A stretch of DNA of 64,000 nt from an uncultured Chloroflexia bacterium (lineage in GTDB: Bacteria > Chloroflexota > Limnocylindria > QHBO01), in assembly GCA_963814375.1 (NCBI GenBank), contig CAWFCQ010000002.1:64001-128000 (forward strand). The letters run 5' to 3'. The notes under the pieces were generated by a model. The model worked only from the letters and a program-made list of their open reading frames with translations, did no database searches and was not told the DNA's origin. Position 1 is the stretch's first letter. The number at the start of each line of letters is the position of its first letter. Below, one piece after another: positions 49,984-57,621 of the stretch. Both the position numbers and the translations under genes were made by a program.

Positions 49984-50673
49984 TCAGGCGGCGAATCCCG
50001 CTGGCTTGAGGACCGGGACAGGCTCCTTCTCGGGCCTCGTGGCCCAGACCACTCCTCCGCCGGTGACGATCAGCGTCCCACCGACCATCGCGAACAGGGC
50101 GGCCAGTCCGAGCCCGAGCTGCAGGGATGCGGCTGTCGAGGCTCCGACGCCGAGCTCACCGATCAGGGCGTGTGCCACGCCGGTCCATGCCTGGGCGCGG
50201 ACCGCAGCGTCGATTGGGTTCTCGCGGTCGAACTGTGCCCAGTAGCGGCCTTCGACCGGGATCTCGTATGGCGTGCCGGCGGTGTAGACCGTGCCGTCGG
50301 GAGCCGTGAAGTCCTCCTCGAGGATGACCGTCTGGGTGCCGTGCAGCGTGTGATAGGCGACCGTCGCCATCTGGTACATGTACTCGCTGCCGGTGTTGAC
50401 GATTGGGTCGTTCGGGTCGAGCTCACCTGTTACGACCGGATAGCCCCAATCCTCGGTGAGGAGGGCCATGATCGACGCAGCGCCCGCGACCTCGCCGCCG
50501 TCGACGAGCTGCCCGTCTTCGTTGTAGCTCAGCTCGACGCCCTGCGCCGCGCTGAACGCCTTCAGGGAGGTCGTCCCTTCCTGGACCTTGAAATAGGCGA
50601 AGCCACCGGCCACGATGAATGCGAGGCCGATGAGCCCCAATACAATCCCCAGAATTCGCAATCGACCGATCAT
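49984..50673 (-). CDS. Hypothetical membrane protein (two TM with extracellular domain)
   Basis: N- and C-terminal TM helices; GAGGGA RBS; DosR-like sites upstream. Confidence 0.8.
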   Translation of the reverse strand: MIGRLRILGIVLGLIGLAFIVAGGFAYFKVQEGTTSLKAFSAAQGVELSYNEDGQLVDGGEVAGAASIMALLTEDWGYPVVTGELDPNDPIVNTGSEYMYQMATVAYHTLHGTQTVILEEDFTAPDGTVYTAGTPYEIPVEGRYWAQFDRENPIDAAVRAQAWTGVAHALIGELGVGASTAASLQLGLGLAALFAMVGGTLIVTGGGVVWATRPEKEPVPVLKPAGFAA

Positions 50674-50729
50674 CAGAGTGTCCCTCTCGTGTGCAGGTAG
50701 ATGTAGTCCACCTGCACTGTCACGCACGG

Positions 50730-50780
50730 GGCCCATCGGTCACAGATGCCAGATGGCCCGGTCTCGGGACCATCCGGCAC
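50730..50780. promoter_or_regulatory. DosR-box-like sites
   Basis: GGCCC-ATCG-GTCAC (50730), ATGCC-AGAT-GGCCC (50746), GGACC-ATCC-GGCAC (50767). Confidence 0.4.
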
Positions 50781-51046
50781 CTCCTATCCGTGCCGTTTGC
50801 ACCGCACAGGTTCGGGCTTCGAGAGATCTCCTACGTCGTCGACCTAGCCCTCCGCCTCTCCGCGGAAGGAAAGCACTGCATCGGAACCAAGATCCATGGT
50901 GGGAGCCCGCGTGCAGCGGCATAGACCCACCACGCGCAACGCTTCCAGCCCGGGACGGTCCCCGGGACCCAGGTGCAGGAGAGACGAGCGCGGTGCGAAC
51001 GCATCACTTGCCGGTGTGATGCGATCGATCGGCGTTCCGGGACCGG

Positions 51047-51121
51047 CTGACGAAAGGCGGCCCACAGCGGAGGGCGCCCGGTAAAGAGCGTGATCGCGGC
51101 GCCAAGGCCGAGCAAAGCGAC
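51047..51121 (-). pseudogene. Possible VIT1/CCC1 transporter C-terminal remnant
   Basis: VALLGLGAAITLFTGRPPLWAAFRQ resembles the late helices of VIT1/CCC1 proteins; rest is missing. Confidence 0.35.
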
Positions 51122-51136
51122 TCGGTCGGACGCCCT

Positions 51137-52408
51137 CTAGACGTGGTAGAGCCTGCGCGTTTCCTGGTTCAGGTGATCCCGGACATCCGGATGGGCAATG
51201 GCGATGAGCTCGGCGACGCGCTCACGGATACTTCGCCCGAACAGTTCGGCGACCCCGAACTCCGTCACAACCGTCCGGACGTGGGCCCGGCTGGTCACGA
51301 CGCCGGCCCCCGGTGCCAGCACCGGGACGATCCGCGAGATCTCGCCGCCGGCGGCTCGCGACGGGAGCGCGATGATCGCGCGCCCTTCGGCCGCAAGGGC
51401 GGCGCCGCGCATGAAATCCATCTGGCCGCCGACGCCGGAGTAGAAGCGCGTGCCGATCGAATCGGCACTCACCTGGCCGGTGACGTCGATCGAAATCGCC
51501 GAGTTGATCGCCACCATTCGTCGAAATCGGCGGATGACCGATGTGTCGTTCGTGTAGTCGACCGGACGCATCTCGATCATCGGGTTGTCGTCGACGAAGT
51601 CATAGAGACGTTGGCTGCCCATCAGAAAGGCCGAGACGATCTTGCCGCGGTTGATCTCCTTCTCGGCGCCGGTGATGGCTCCCGACTCGACCAGGTCCAG
51701 CACCGGATCGGTGAAGAGCTCTGTGTGCACGCCGAGATTGCGCTTGTCGCGGAGGGCAAGCGCAACCGCGGTCGGGATCGACCCGATACCCATCTGGATG
51801 GTCGCTCCGTTGGGGACGAGCTCGGCGACGAACTCGCCGATGCGGCGCTCGACGTCGCCGATCGGTGGGGAAACGTGCTCGTGTGGCGCCTGATCGACCT
51901 CGACTCCTACGTCGATCTCATTCACGTGGATGAAGGAGTCGCCGAGGGTCCGGGGCATCGAGGCGTTGAGCTGGGCGATGACCGTCTTCGACGCTCGTGT
52001 CGCGGCAAGGGCGGCATCGATGCTGGTGCCCAACGAGCAGTATCCATGGGCATCAGGCCGGGTGAGGTTGAGCAGCACCGTGTCGAGCGGCAGGACGCCG
52101 TTAGCGAACAGCTCGGGCACGTCGGAGAGGAAGATCGGCACGTAGTCCGCGCGGCCATCGTTCACCGCGGACCGCGCGTTGGCGCCGATGAACAGGGCCC
52201 GATGGCGAAAGCTGGACGCCATCTCCGGCTCCAGATGCGGCGCCGGTCCCTCGATGTGGAAATGCACGATGCCGACGTCGCGAAGCTCGCCCGCTCGTCG
52301 CGCGAGCGCCTCCAGCAGCAGCGACGGCGACGCGGCCCCACCGTGAACGAAGACCTGCTGCCCGGAGCGGATGCCTCCAACGGCCTCATCGGCGCTGACG
52401 ATTCGCAC
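51137..52408 (-). CDS. Acetyl-CoA hydrolase/transferase (4-hydroxybutyrate CoA-transferase-like)
   Basis: QMGIGSIP, GVHTE, SGVGGQMDF.RGA, IAHPD; start GTG 52408 (alternative 52450). Confidence 0.93.
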   Translation of the reverse strand: MRIVSADEAVGGIRSGQQVFVHGGAASPSLLLEALARRAGELRDVGIVHFHIEGPAPHLEPEMASSFRHRALFIGANARSAVNDGRADYVPIFLSDVPELFANGVLPLDTVLLNLTRPDAHGYCSLGTSIDAALAATRASKTVIAQLNASMPRTLGDSFIHVNEIDVGVEVDQAPHEHVSPPIGDVERRIGEFVAELVPNGATIQMGIGSIPTAVALALRDKRNLGVHTELFTDPVLDLVESGAITGAEKEINRGKIVSAFLMGSQRLYDFVDDNPMIEMRPVDYTNDTSVIRRFRRMVAINSAISIDVTGQVSADSIGTRFYSGVGGQMDFMRGAALAAEGRAIIALPSRAAGGEISRIVPVLAPGAGVVTSRAHVRTVVTEFGVAELFGRSIRERVAELIAIAHPDVRDHLNQETRRLYHV

Positions 52409-52443
52409 GGGAGCAGTGTGGGCCGCGCGGGCGGCCGTGTGGC

Positions 52444-52479
52444 GGGCCATTCGGTCCCAACGATCGGGCCGTTCAGCCC
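52444..52479. promoter_or_regulatory. Pair of DosR-box-like sites
   Basis: GGGCC-ATTC-GGTCC (52444) and GGGCC-GTTC-AGCCC (52466), 22 bp apart. Confidence 0.55.
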
Positions 52480-52518
52480 TGACGGCTCAGCCTCCGTTTG
52501 TTCCACGATCGGAACGTC

Positions 52519-53016
52519 ATGATCGCGAAGCAGGAACCTGGACTCTCTATCGCGATTCGTCCCGTCCGCCGCTCCGATGCGATCGGCCTCGTTGACTTCT
52601 ACGCCCGGCTCACGGCGGAGTCACGCCGCCGACGGTTCTTGAGCGGATCGATGCCCGATCCGGGCTTCATCGCCAGGCTCGCCGGCGACCCAGGCATCGT
52701 TGCCGTCCTGGAGGGATCGGCGACGCGGGAAGGAGCCATCGTGGCCCACGCGTCGGTCCAGCCCGATGGCCACCATGGTGCGGAGATCGCGTTCGCGGTC
52801 GCCGATGCGTTCCAGGGTCATGGCGTGGGTCGCCGGCTCATGAGCCGGGCACTGCACCTCGCGCGGGAGCTCGGTGCGGATCGGGCCTCCGCAACCCTGA
52901 TGCCGGGTAATCTCCCGATGCGTCATCTGTTGACGGCAGCGGGGCAGCCCGTCCGGGGCGACTGCCTCGAGGCCGGGACGGAAGAGATCGACCTCGACCT
53001 CCGCCTGGCGTTGTAG
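52519..53016 (+). CDS. GNAT N-acetyltransferase (resembles the Pat GNAT domain)
   Basis: IRPV..D, SRRRRF, AEIAFAVADAFQGHGVG, N.PM. Confidence 0.85.
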   Translation: MIAKQEPGLSIAIRPVRRSDAIGLVDFYARLTAESRRRRFLSGSMPDPGFIARLAGDPGIVAVLEGSATREGAIVAHASVQPDGHHGAEIAFAVADAFQGHGVGRRLMSRALHLARELGADRASATLMPGNLPMRHLLTAAGQPVRGDCLEAGTEEIDLDLRLAL

Positions 53017-53185
53017 GCAATGCATACGTCGGGTGCTGGTTCACGAGGCCGTCCGACCATGGTGGCACCGATGATCCTGGCCCGGACACGAACCGGCGGG
53101 CGACGTCGCCGGTCGCTCCACCTCGCCGCAAACGCCACGGCTCGCCGGCTGCCGACCGAGTTCGACCGGGCGGCATTGCCTGGGA

Positions 53186-53863
53186 CTAGCCGCCGGCGGG
53201 GGGCTCTCCGAGGTGGTGCTTGGCGACGAAGGCCGCCGCCTGCGTGCGCCGCTGGAGGTTGAGCTTCGAGAGGATGCTGCTGACATAGTTCTTGACGGTC
53301 TTGTCCGACAGGAACACGTCGGCCGCGATCTCCTTGTTCGTCATCCCCTCGGCCACGAGCAGCAGGATCTTGCGCTCCTGCGGGGTCAGGTCGGCCAGCT
53401 CATCGGTGGCTCCGCCCGTGGCTGCGGCGCGCACCCGCTCGAGGACGCGCTCGGTGACTGCGGGGTCCAGCAACGAGTCGCCGCGGCCGACTGACTCGAG
53501 CGCGGTGACGAGGTCGCGGCCGCGAACCTGCTTGAGCAGGTAGCCGCTGGCTCCGGCGATGATGGCCGAGAGGACCGCCTCCTCGTCGGGGTAGCTCGTG
53601 AGCATCACGACGCGGGTCTCGGGCCGGTTGGCACGGATCTCGCGGCACGCCTCGATGCCGGAGCCATCCGGCAGGCGAACGTCCATGACGACCACGTCCG
53701 GCTCGAACCGATGCGACAGCGCGATCGCATCGGCGACCGTCCCGGCCTGGGCAACGACCTCAAAGCCGGACTTCCGGTCAAGGAGGGCCACGAGACCCTG
53801 GCGCACGATCTCGTGATCGTCGACGACGAGCAGGCGGAGGGGACGTTGAACTGGATCGGTCAC
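53186..53863 (-). CDS. DosR/DevR-like NarL-family response regulator
   Basis: VDDHEIVRQG, DVRLPDGSGIEACR, GASGYLLKQ, FLSDKTVKNYVS. Confidence 0.93.
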   Translation of the reverse strand: MTDPVQRPLRLLVVDDHEIVRQGLVALLDRKSGFEVVAQAGTVADAIALSHRFEPDVVVMDVRLPDGSGIEACREIRANRPETRVVMLTSYPDEEAVLSAIIAGASGYLLKQVRGRDLVTALESVGRGDSLLDPAVTERVLERVRAAATGGATDELADLTPQERKILLLVAEGMTNKEIAADVFLSDKTVKNYVSSILSKLNLQRRTQAAAFVAKHHLGEPPAGG

Positions 53864-55035
53864 GCCTGAGCGTCCTCGGCTCGATCGCGCTGGTGCGGTG
53901 CGCGAACCATGATAGTGGTGCCCTTGCCGGGGTCGCTCTCGACTTCCGCCGAGCCACCGATGGCCTCGCTGCGTGCGCGGATGTTGGCGATGCCCTGGTG
54001 ACCGTGCGCCTTGGCCTGATCGGCGGTGAATCCGCGCCCGTCGTCGCGGATCTCGAGCCGGATCTCGCGCCGGCCGGTATCAAGCCGGACCCACGCGTGC
54101 GTCGCCGATGCGTGCCGCGCGATATTCGAGAGCGCCTCGCGCGCGATGGCAAGGAGCTCGGCCACGAGCTCCATCGGCAGGTCCGCGACCATTGCGTCGG
54201 GGTCCGTCACATCAACAGCGACCTCGACCCCGCCACTGCGACGGAGCTCGCCCGCGAGATACCGAAGTCCATCGGCGAGGGTCCCCGTCTCGAGCAGCAC
54301 GGGGCGCAGGCCGAAGATGAAGTTGCGGATGTCGCGGATCACGGCGTGCAGCGCGTCGATCGCCTCGTCCACCCGCCGCCGGGCCTCGTCCGGATCCTCG
54401 CCCACGAGATCCGGCACGTCGTCCAGCGCGAGGGTCTGGCCGTAGATTGCCTGGATCACGCTGTCGTGGAGGTCGCGGCTGATGCGGTCGCGCTCGTCGA
54501 CCACGGCAAGGCGGCGGACCTGCTCATGGAGCCGCGCGTTGGTGATCGCGATGCCCGCGTGCAGCGCGAAGATCTCGACCAGCGCCTCGTCCTCGGCGCT
54601 GAACTCCGAAGCGTCGATCTTGTTGGTCAGATACAGCCGCCCGACGGTGTCGCCGCGGGTGACGATTGGCATTCCCAGGAACGAATGCATCTCGGGATGA
54701 TGGGGCGGGAACCCATACGACTCCGGATGGCTGCCGATCTCGGCAATCCGGTAGGTGCGGTTCTCGCGGATGATGAGGCCGAGCAGTCCGCGGCCGCGTG
54801 GCAGGTCGCCGATCCGCCTCCGCTGCTCGTCGCTGATGCCGCTCGTGATGAATCGCTCGATGGCCCCCTCGGCATCGACGATGCCGATCGCGGCGTATTC
54901 GGCGCGGACCAGGTCGCGCACTTGATCAGCGATGAGCTGCAGGACTCGGTCGACCTCGAGGGTGCCGCTGATGCCGCGGATCGCCTGGTCGAGCGCGTCC
55001 ACCACAGGTGGGAGCTGGAGGTCGCGGCCTGACAT
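53860..55035 (-). CDS. DosS/DosT-like GAF sensor histidine kinase (single GAF)
   Basis: GLLG...HPESYGFPPHHPEMHSFLG (heme-GAF His), RDLHD H-box, EALSNIARHA, DDGRG. Confidence 0.92.
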   Translation of the reverse strand: MSGRDLQLPPVVDALDQAIRGISGTLEVDRVLQLIADQVRDLVRAEYAAIGIVDAEGAIERFITSGISDEQRRRIGDLPRGRGLLGLIIRENRTYRIAEIGSHPESYGFPPHHPEMHSFLGMPIVTRGDTVGRLYLTNKIDASEFSAEDEALVEIFALHAGIAITNARLHEQVRRLAVVDERDRISRDLHDSVIQAIYGQTLALDDVPDLVGEDPDEARRRVDEAIDALHAVIRDIRNFIFGLRPVLLETGTLADGLRYLAGELRRSGGVEVAVDVTDPDAMVADLPMELVAELLAIAREALSNIARHASATHAWVRLDTGRREIRLEIRDDGRGFTADQAKAHGHQGIANIRARSEAIGGSAEVESDPGKGTTIMVRAPHQRDRAEDAQA

Positions 55036-55095
55036 CGGCCCAAGGCTAGCGCGCCGGCCCAGTGGCCGGCGCGCTCCCGCGGTGTCTCTCGAATG

Positions 55096-55677
55096 TCAGG
55101 CGGGCACGGGCTCCGGGGAGATCCCCTGCGCCTCCCTCGTGTGCGGGCTTCCCGAGAGGAGCCAGCGCCGAATGGCCGGCGAGACGGACTCCCCAAGCGA
55201 GCGGTCCAGCCCGTAATAGTTGCCAGCGCCGATCAGGCCCAAGAAGCCGGTGACCAGCGCGTAGGTCAGGTGCTGGTTGACGATCCCGAACTGGAAGTCC
55301 CAGGCCGCCAGGAAGAAGAAGAGCATCATCAGGGTGCCCATGGCCGCGCTGAAGCGGGTCAGCAGGCCGAGGATGAGCCCGATGCCGATGCCGATCTGGC
55401 CCCACGGCACGAGCACGTTGATCACCGTCATCGCCGTCTCGTTCGTGGCGAAGCCGGCCCAGAGGTCGTGGGTCGGGTTGAAGACGGTGCCGTCCGCCAC
55501 CTCGCCGGTCACGAAGGGCCAGCCCAGGCTGCCGAGGGTGCCCCCCTGGAGGAAGCCGGCGGCCGAGAACGGCTCCGGGGCGAAGATCTTCTCCAGCCCG
55601 GCCCACAGGAAGATGATTCCGACGCCGATCCGCAGGATCGCGATGGCGATCTGATGGGATGGCTCAACGATGCGCAT
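55096..55677 (-). CDS. DoxX/DoxD family membrane protein
   Basis: LRIGVG..FLWAGLEK, GLILGLLTR, GAG.YYGLD. Confidence 0.88.
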   Translation of the reverse strand: MRIVEPSHQIAIAILRIGVGIIFLWAGLEKIFAPEPFSAAGFLQGGTLGSLGWPFVTGEVADGTVFNPTHDLWAGFATNETAMTVINVLVPWGQIGIGIGLILGLLTRFSAAMGTLMMLFFFLAAWDFQFGIVNQHLTYALVTGFLGLIGAGNYYGLDRSLGESVSPAIRRWLLSGSPHTREAQGISPEPVPA

Positions 55678-55748
55678 GTCGCTGTCCTCCGGGATGGGGT
55701 GGGAGCGATTGTCGCACTAAGCCTCTCCACCGGGCGCGCTGTCTGCGA

Positions 55749-55839
55749 GGGCCGGATGGCAATCGTCGACGGGCCAACCGGCCCGCGATCGAGCCGTCTA
55801 ATCGGTCCTTGTGGCCCGTCACGGCAGGACAACCGGCAG
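55749..55839. promoter_or_regulatory. Two tandem pairs of DosR-box-like sites in the doxD/nirK divergent promoter
   Basis: GGGCC-GGAT-GGCAA (55749), GGGCC-AACC-GGCCC (55771), GGTCC-TTGT-GGCCC (55804), AGGAC-AACC-GGCAG (55826); 22-bp spacing within pairs. Confidence 0.6.
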
Positions 55840-55900
55840 GTCACGCGGGAGCCGTCGGCTCATATAAGTGAGGCGACCACTTTTGTCTCGGAGACTCGTC

Positions 55901-56992
55901 ATGCAGCGCTTCTTCTGGTACGCCGGGCTGACCGCGGGCGGCACCACCTTCTTCCTCACCCTCGTCTTCGTCGGATCGATCCTCGTGGGCGGCGCCGCGA
56001 CCACCGGTACTACAGGCACGAACGCGCCTGCGCAGCCGGCGGCGAGCCATGCGGACCATGGGTCGTCCGGTGGCGCCACCCTGGTGGAGGCGAACCCAGA
56101 GGCGCCCGAGTACGTGCTGCGAGACCCGACCGCTCCCGCGGGCGCGGAGGGCGAGGTGCACGAGATCGAGCTCGTCATGAGCGAGACCCAGATGACGGTG
56201 GCCCAGGGCTACGAGCAGCTTGTCTGGACCTTCGGTGACGAGGTCCCCGGGCCGGTTCTGCGGGTGAAGGTGGGGGACCTCATCCGCGTGACGCTCGTCA
56301 ACCCCGACACGAATACGATGCCGCATTCGATCGACTTCCACGCCAGCCTGGTCGCCTGGAACGACGAGATGCGGTCCATCAATCCGGGCGAGGAGCTGGT
56401 CTACGAGTTCGAGGCGAAGTACGCGGGCGTCTTCATGTACCACTGCGGCACCGCCTCGGCGCTGATGCACATCGCCAACGGCATGTTCGGGATGATCATC
56501 GTCGAGCCGACCGAGGGCCTTCCGCCAGTCGACCACGAGTACGCCCTCGTCCAGAGCGAGTGGTACCTCGGCGCGCAGCAGCAGACGATCGATATCAACA
56601 AGGCATCGGCCGCTGCGCCGGAGCCCGACTTCGTGGTCTTCAACGGCATCGCCAACCAGTACGCCGACCACCCGATCGAGGTCCCGGTGGGTGAGACGGT
56701 CCGCGTCTTCGTCCTCAACGCCGGTCCGAGCGTCGACTCGAGCTTCCACGTGGTCGGATCGATCTTCCACAGCGTGATCAAGGAGGGCGTCCACCTCGCC
56801 GAAGGCAACGCAGGCAACTGGGGCGCCCAGGCCGTCGACCTCTCGCCGGCGCAGGGGGCGATCGTCGAGATGCGCTTCGACGAGGACGGGATGTACCCCA
56901 TCGTGACCCACGCCTTCAACTTCGTCGGCAAGGGCGCGCTCGGTCTCTTCCAGGCCGGTGACGGCGGCGAGGCGGTCGAAGGCGGCCACTGA
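55901..56992 (+). CDS. nirK: Copper-containing nitrite reductase, membrane anchored
   Basis: PHSIDFHA, MYHCG...HIANGM, SSFHVVG, YPIVTHAF: T1, T2 and catalytic Asp/His all present. Confidence 0.88.
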   Translation: MQRFFWYAGLTAGGTTFFLTLVFVGSILVGGAATTGTTGTNAPAQPAASHADHGSSGGATLVEANPEAPEYVLRDPTAPAGAEGEVHEIELVMSETQMTVAQGYEQLVWTFGDEVPGPVLRVKVGDLIRVTLVNPDTNTMPHSIDFHASLVAWNDEMRSINPGEELVYEFEAKYAGVFMYHCGTASALMHIANGMFGMIIVEPTEGLPPVDHEYALVQSEWYLGAQQQTIDINKASAAAPEPDFVVFNGIANQYADHPIEVPVGETVRVFVLNAGPSVDSSFHVVGSIFHSVIKEGVHLAEGNAGNWGAQAVDLSPAQGAIVEMRFDEDGMYPIVTHAFNFVGKGALGLFQAGDGGEAVEGGH

Positions 56993-57076
56993 TCGAGACC
57001 AGGCCCGGTGGCGCTCAGCCGCCGAATGCGCGAGCCTTGTCGTCGAGTCGTTGAGCTGGCAAGGAGGCTAGGTTTC

Positions 57077-57541
57077 ATGGTTGAGGTAGGGGACACGGTT
57101 GCGACCGTCGCTCGCGAGGTCGCGGGTGGTCAGATCCAGGTCGGTCAGAGCGCGGTCGGGATCATCCGCGCCGACAACGTCGAAGCAAGCATGGCCGGCG
57201 TCGGCATGGTGTTCGCCGGCGGCGACGTGTCCGTCACCCAGGGTGGGGGCCGCACGTTCGTGGCTGGCGGCGATCTGCGCGTGCAGCAGGGCGGCGCCGC
57301 GACGCTCGTCTCCGCCGGCAGCGCCTCGATCCAGCAGGGCGGCGTCGGCATTGCGCTGGCGCCTCGCGTGGACGTCGGCGGCGGCGGGATCGTCGGCATC
57401 GCGCTCGCTCCCCGCGTGGACGTCGCGGCGGGAGGAAAGGTCCTGCTCGGACCGCGCGAGGCACTGCTCGCCGGAGCCGCCATCGGGATCGCGGTCGGGT
57501 TGGTCCGTTCGGTCGTCGGAGCGCGCCGCCGGGCCGAGTGA
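57077..57541 (+). CDS. Hypothetical Gly/Val-rich repeat protein with C-terminal TM
   Basis: AAGGAGG RBS; repeated (V/I)xQGG units; duplicated GIALAPRVDV. Confidence 0.7.
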   Translation: MVEVGDTVATVAREVAGGQIQVGQSAVGIIRADNVEASMAGVGMVFAGGDVSVTQGGGRTFVAGGDLRVQQGGAATLVSAGSASIQQGGVGIALAPRVDVGGGGIVGIALAPRVDVAAGGKVLLGPREALLAGAAIGIAVGLVRSVVGARRRAE

Positions 57542-57621
57542 CACGGCTGGCCTCGTCGGATTGATGACGGCCGATGGCAGGAATCGGCTCCATGCTGAGG
57601 CGCCGATAGACTGGATGCATC

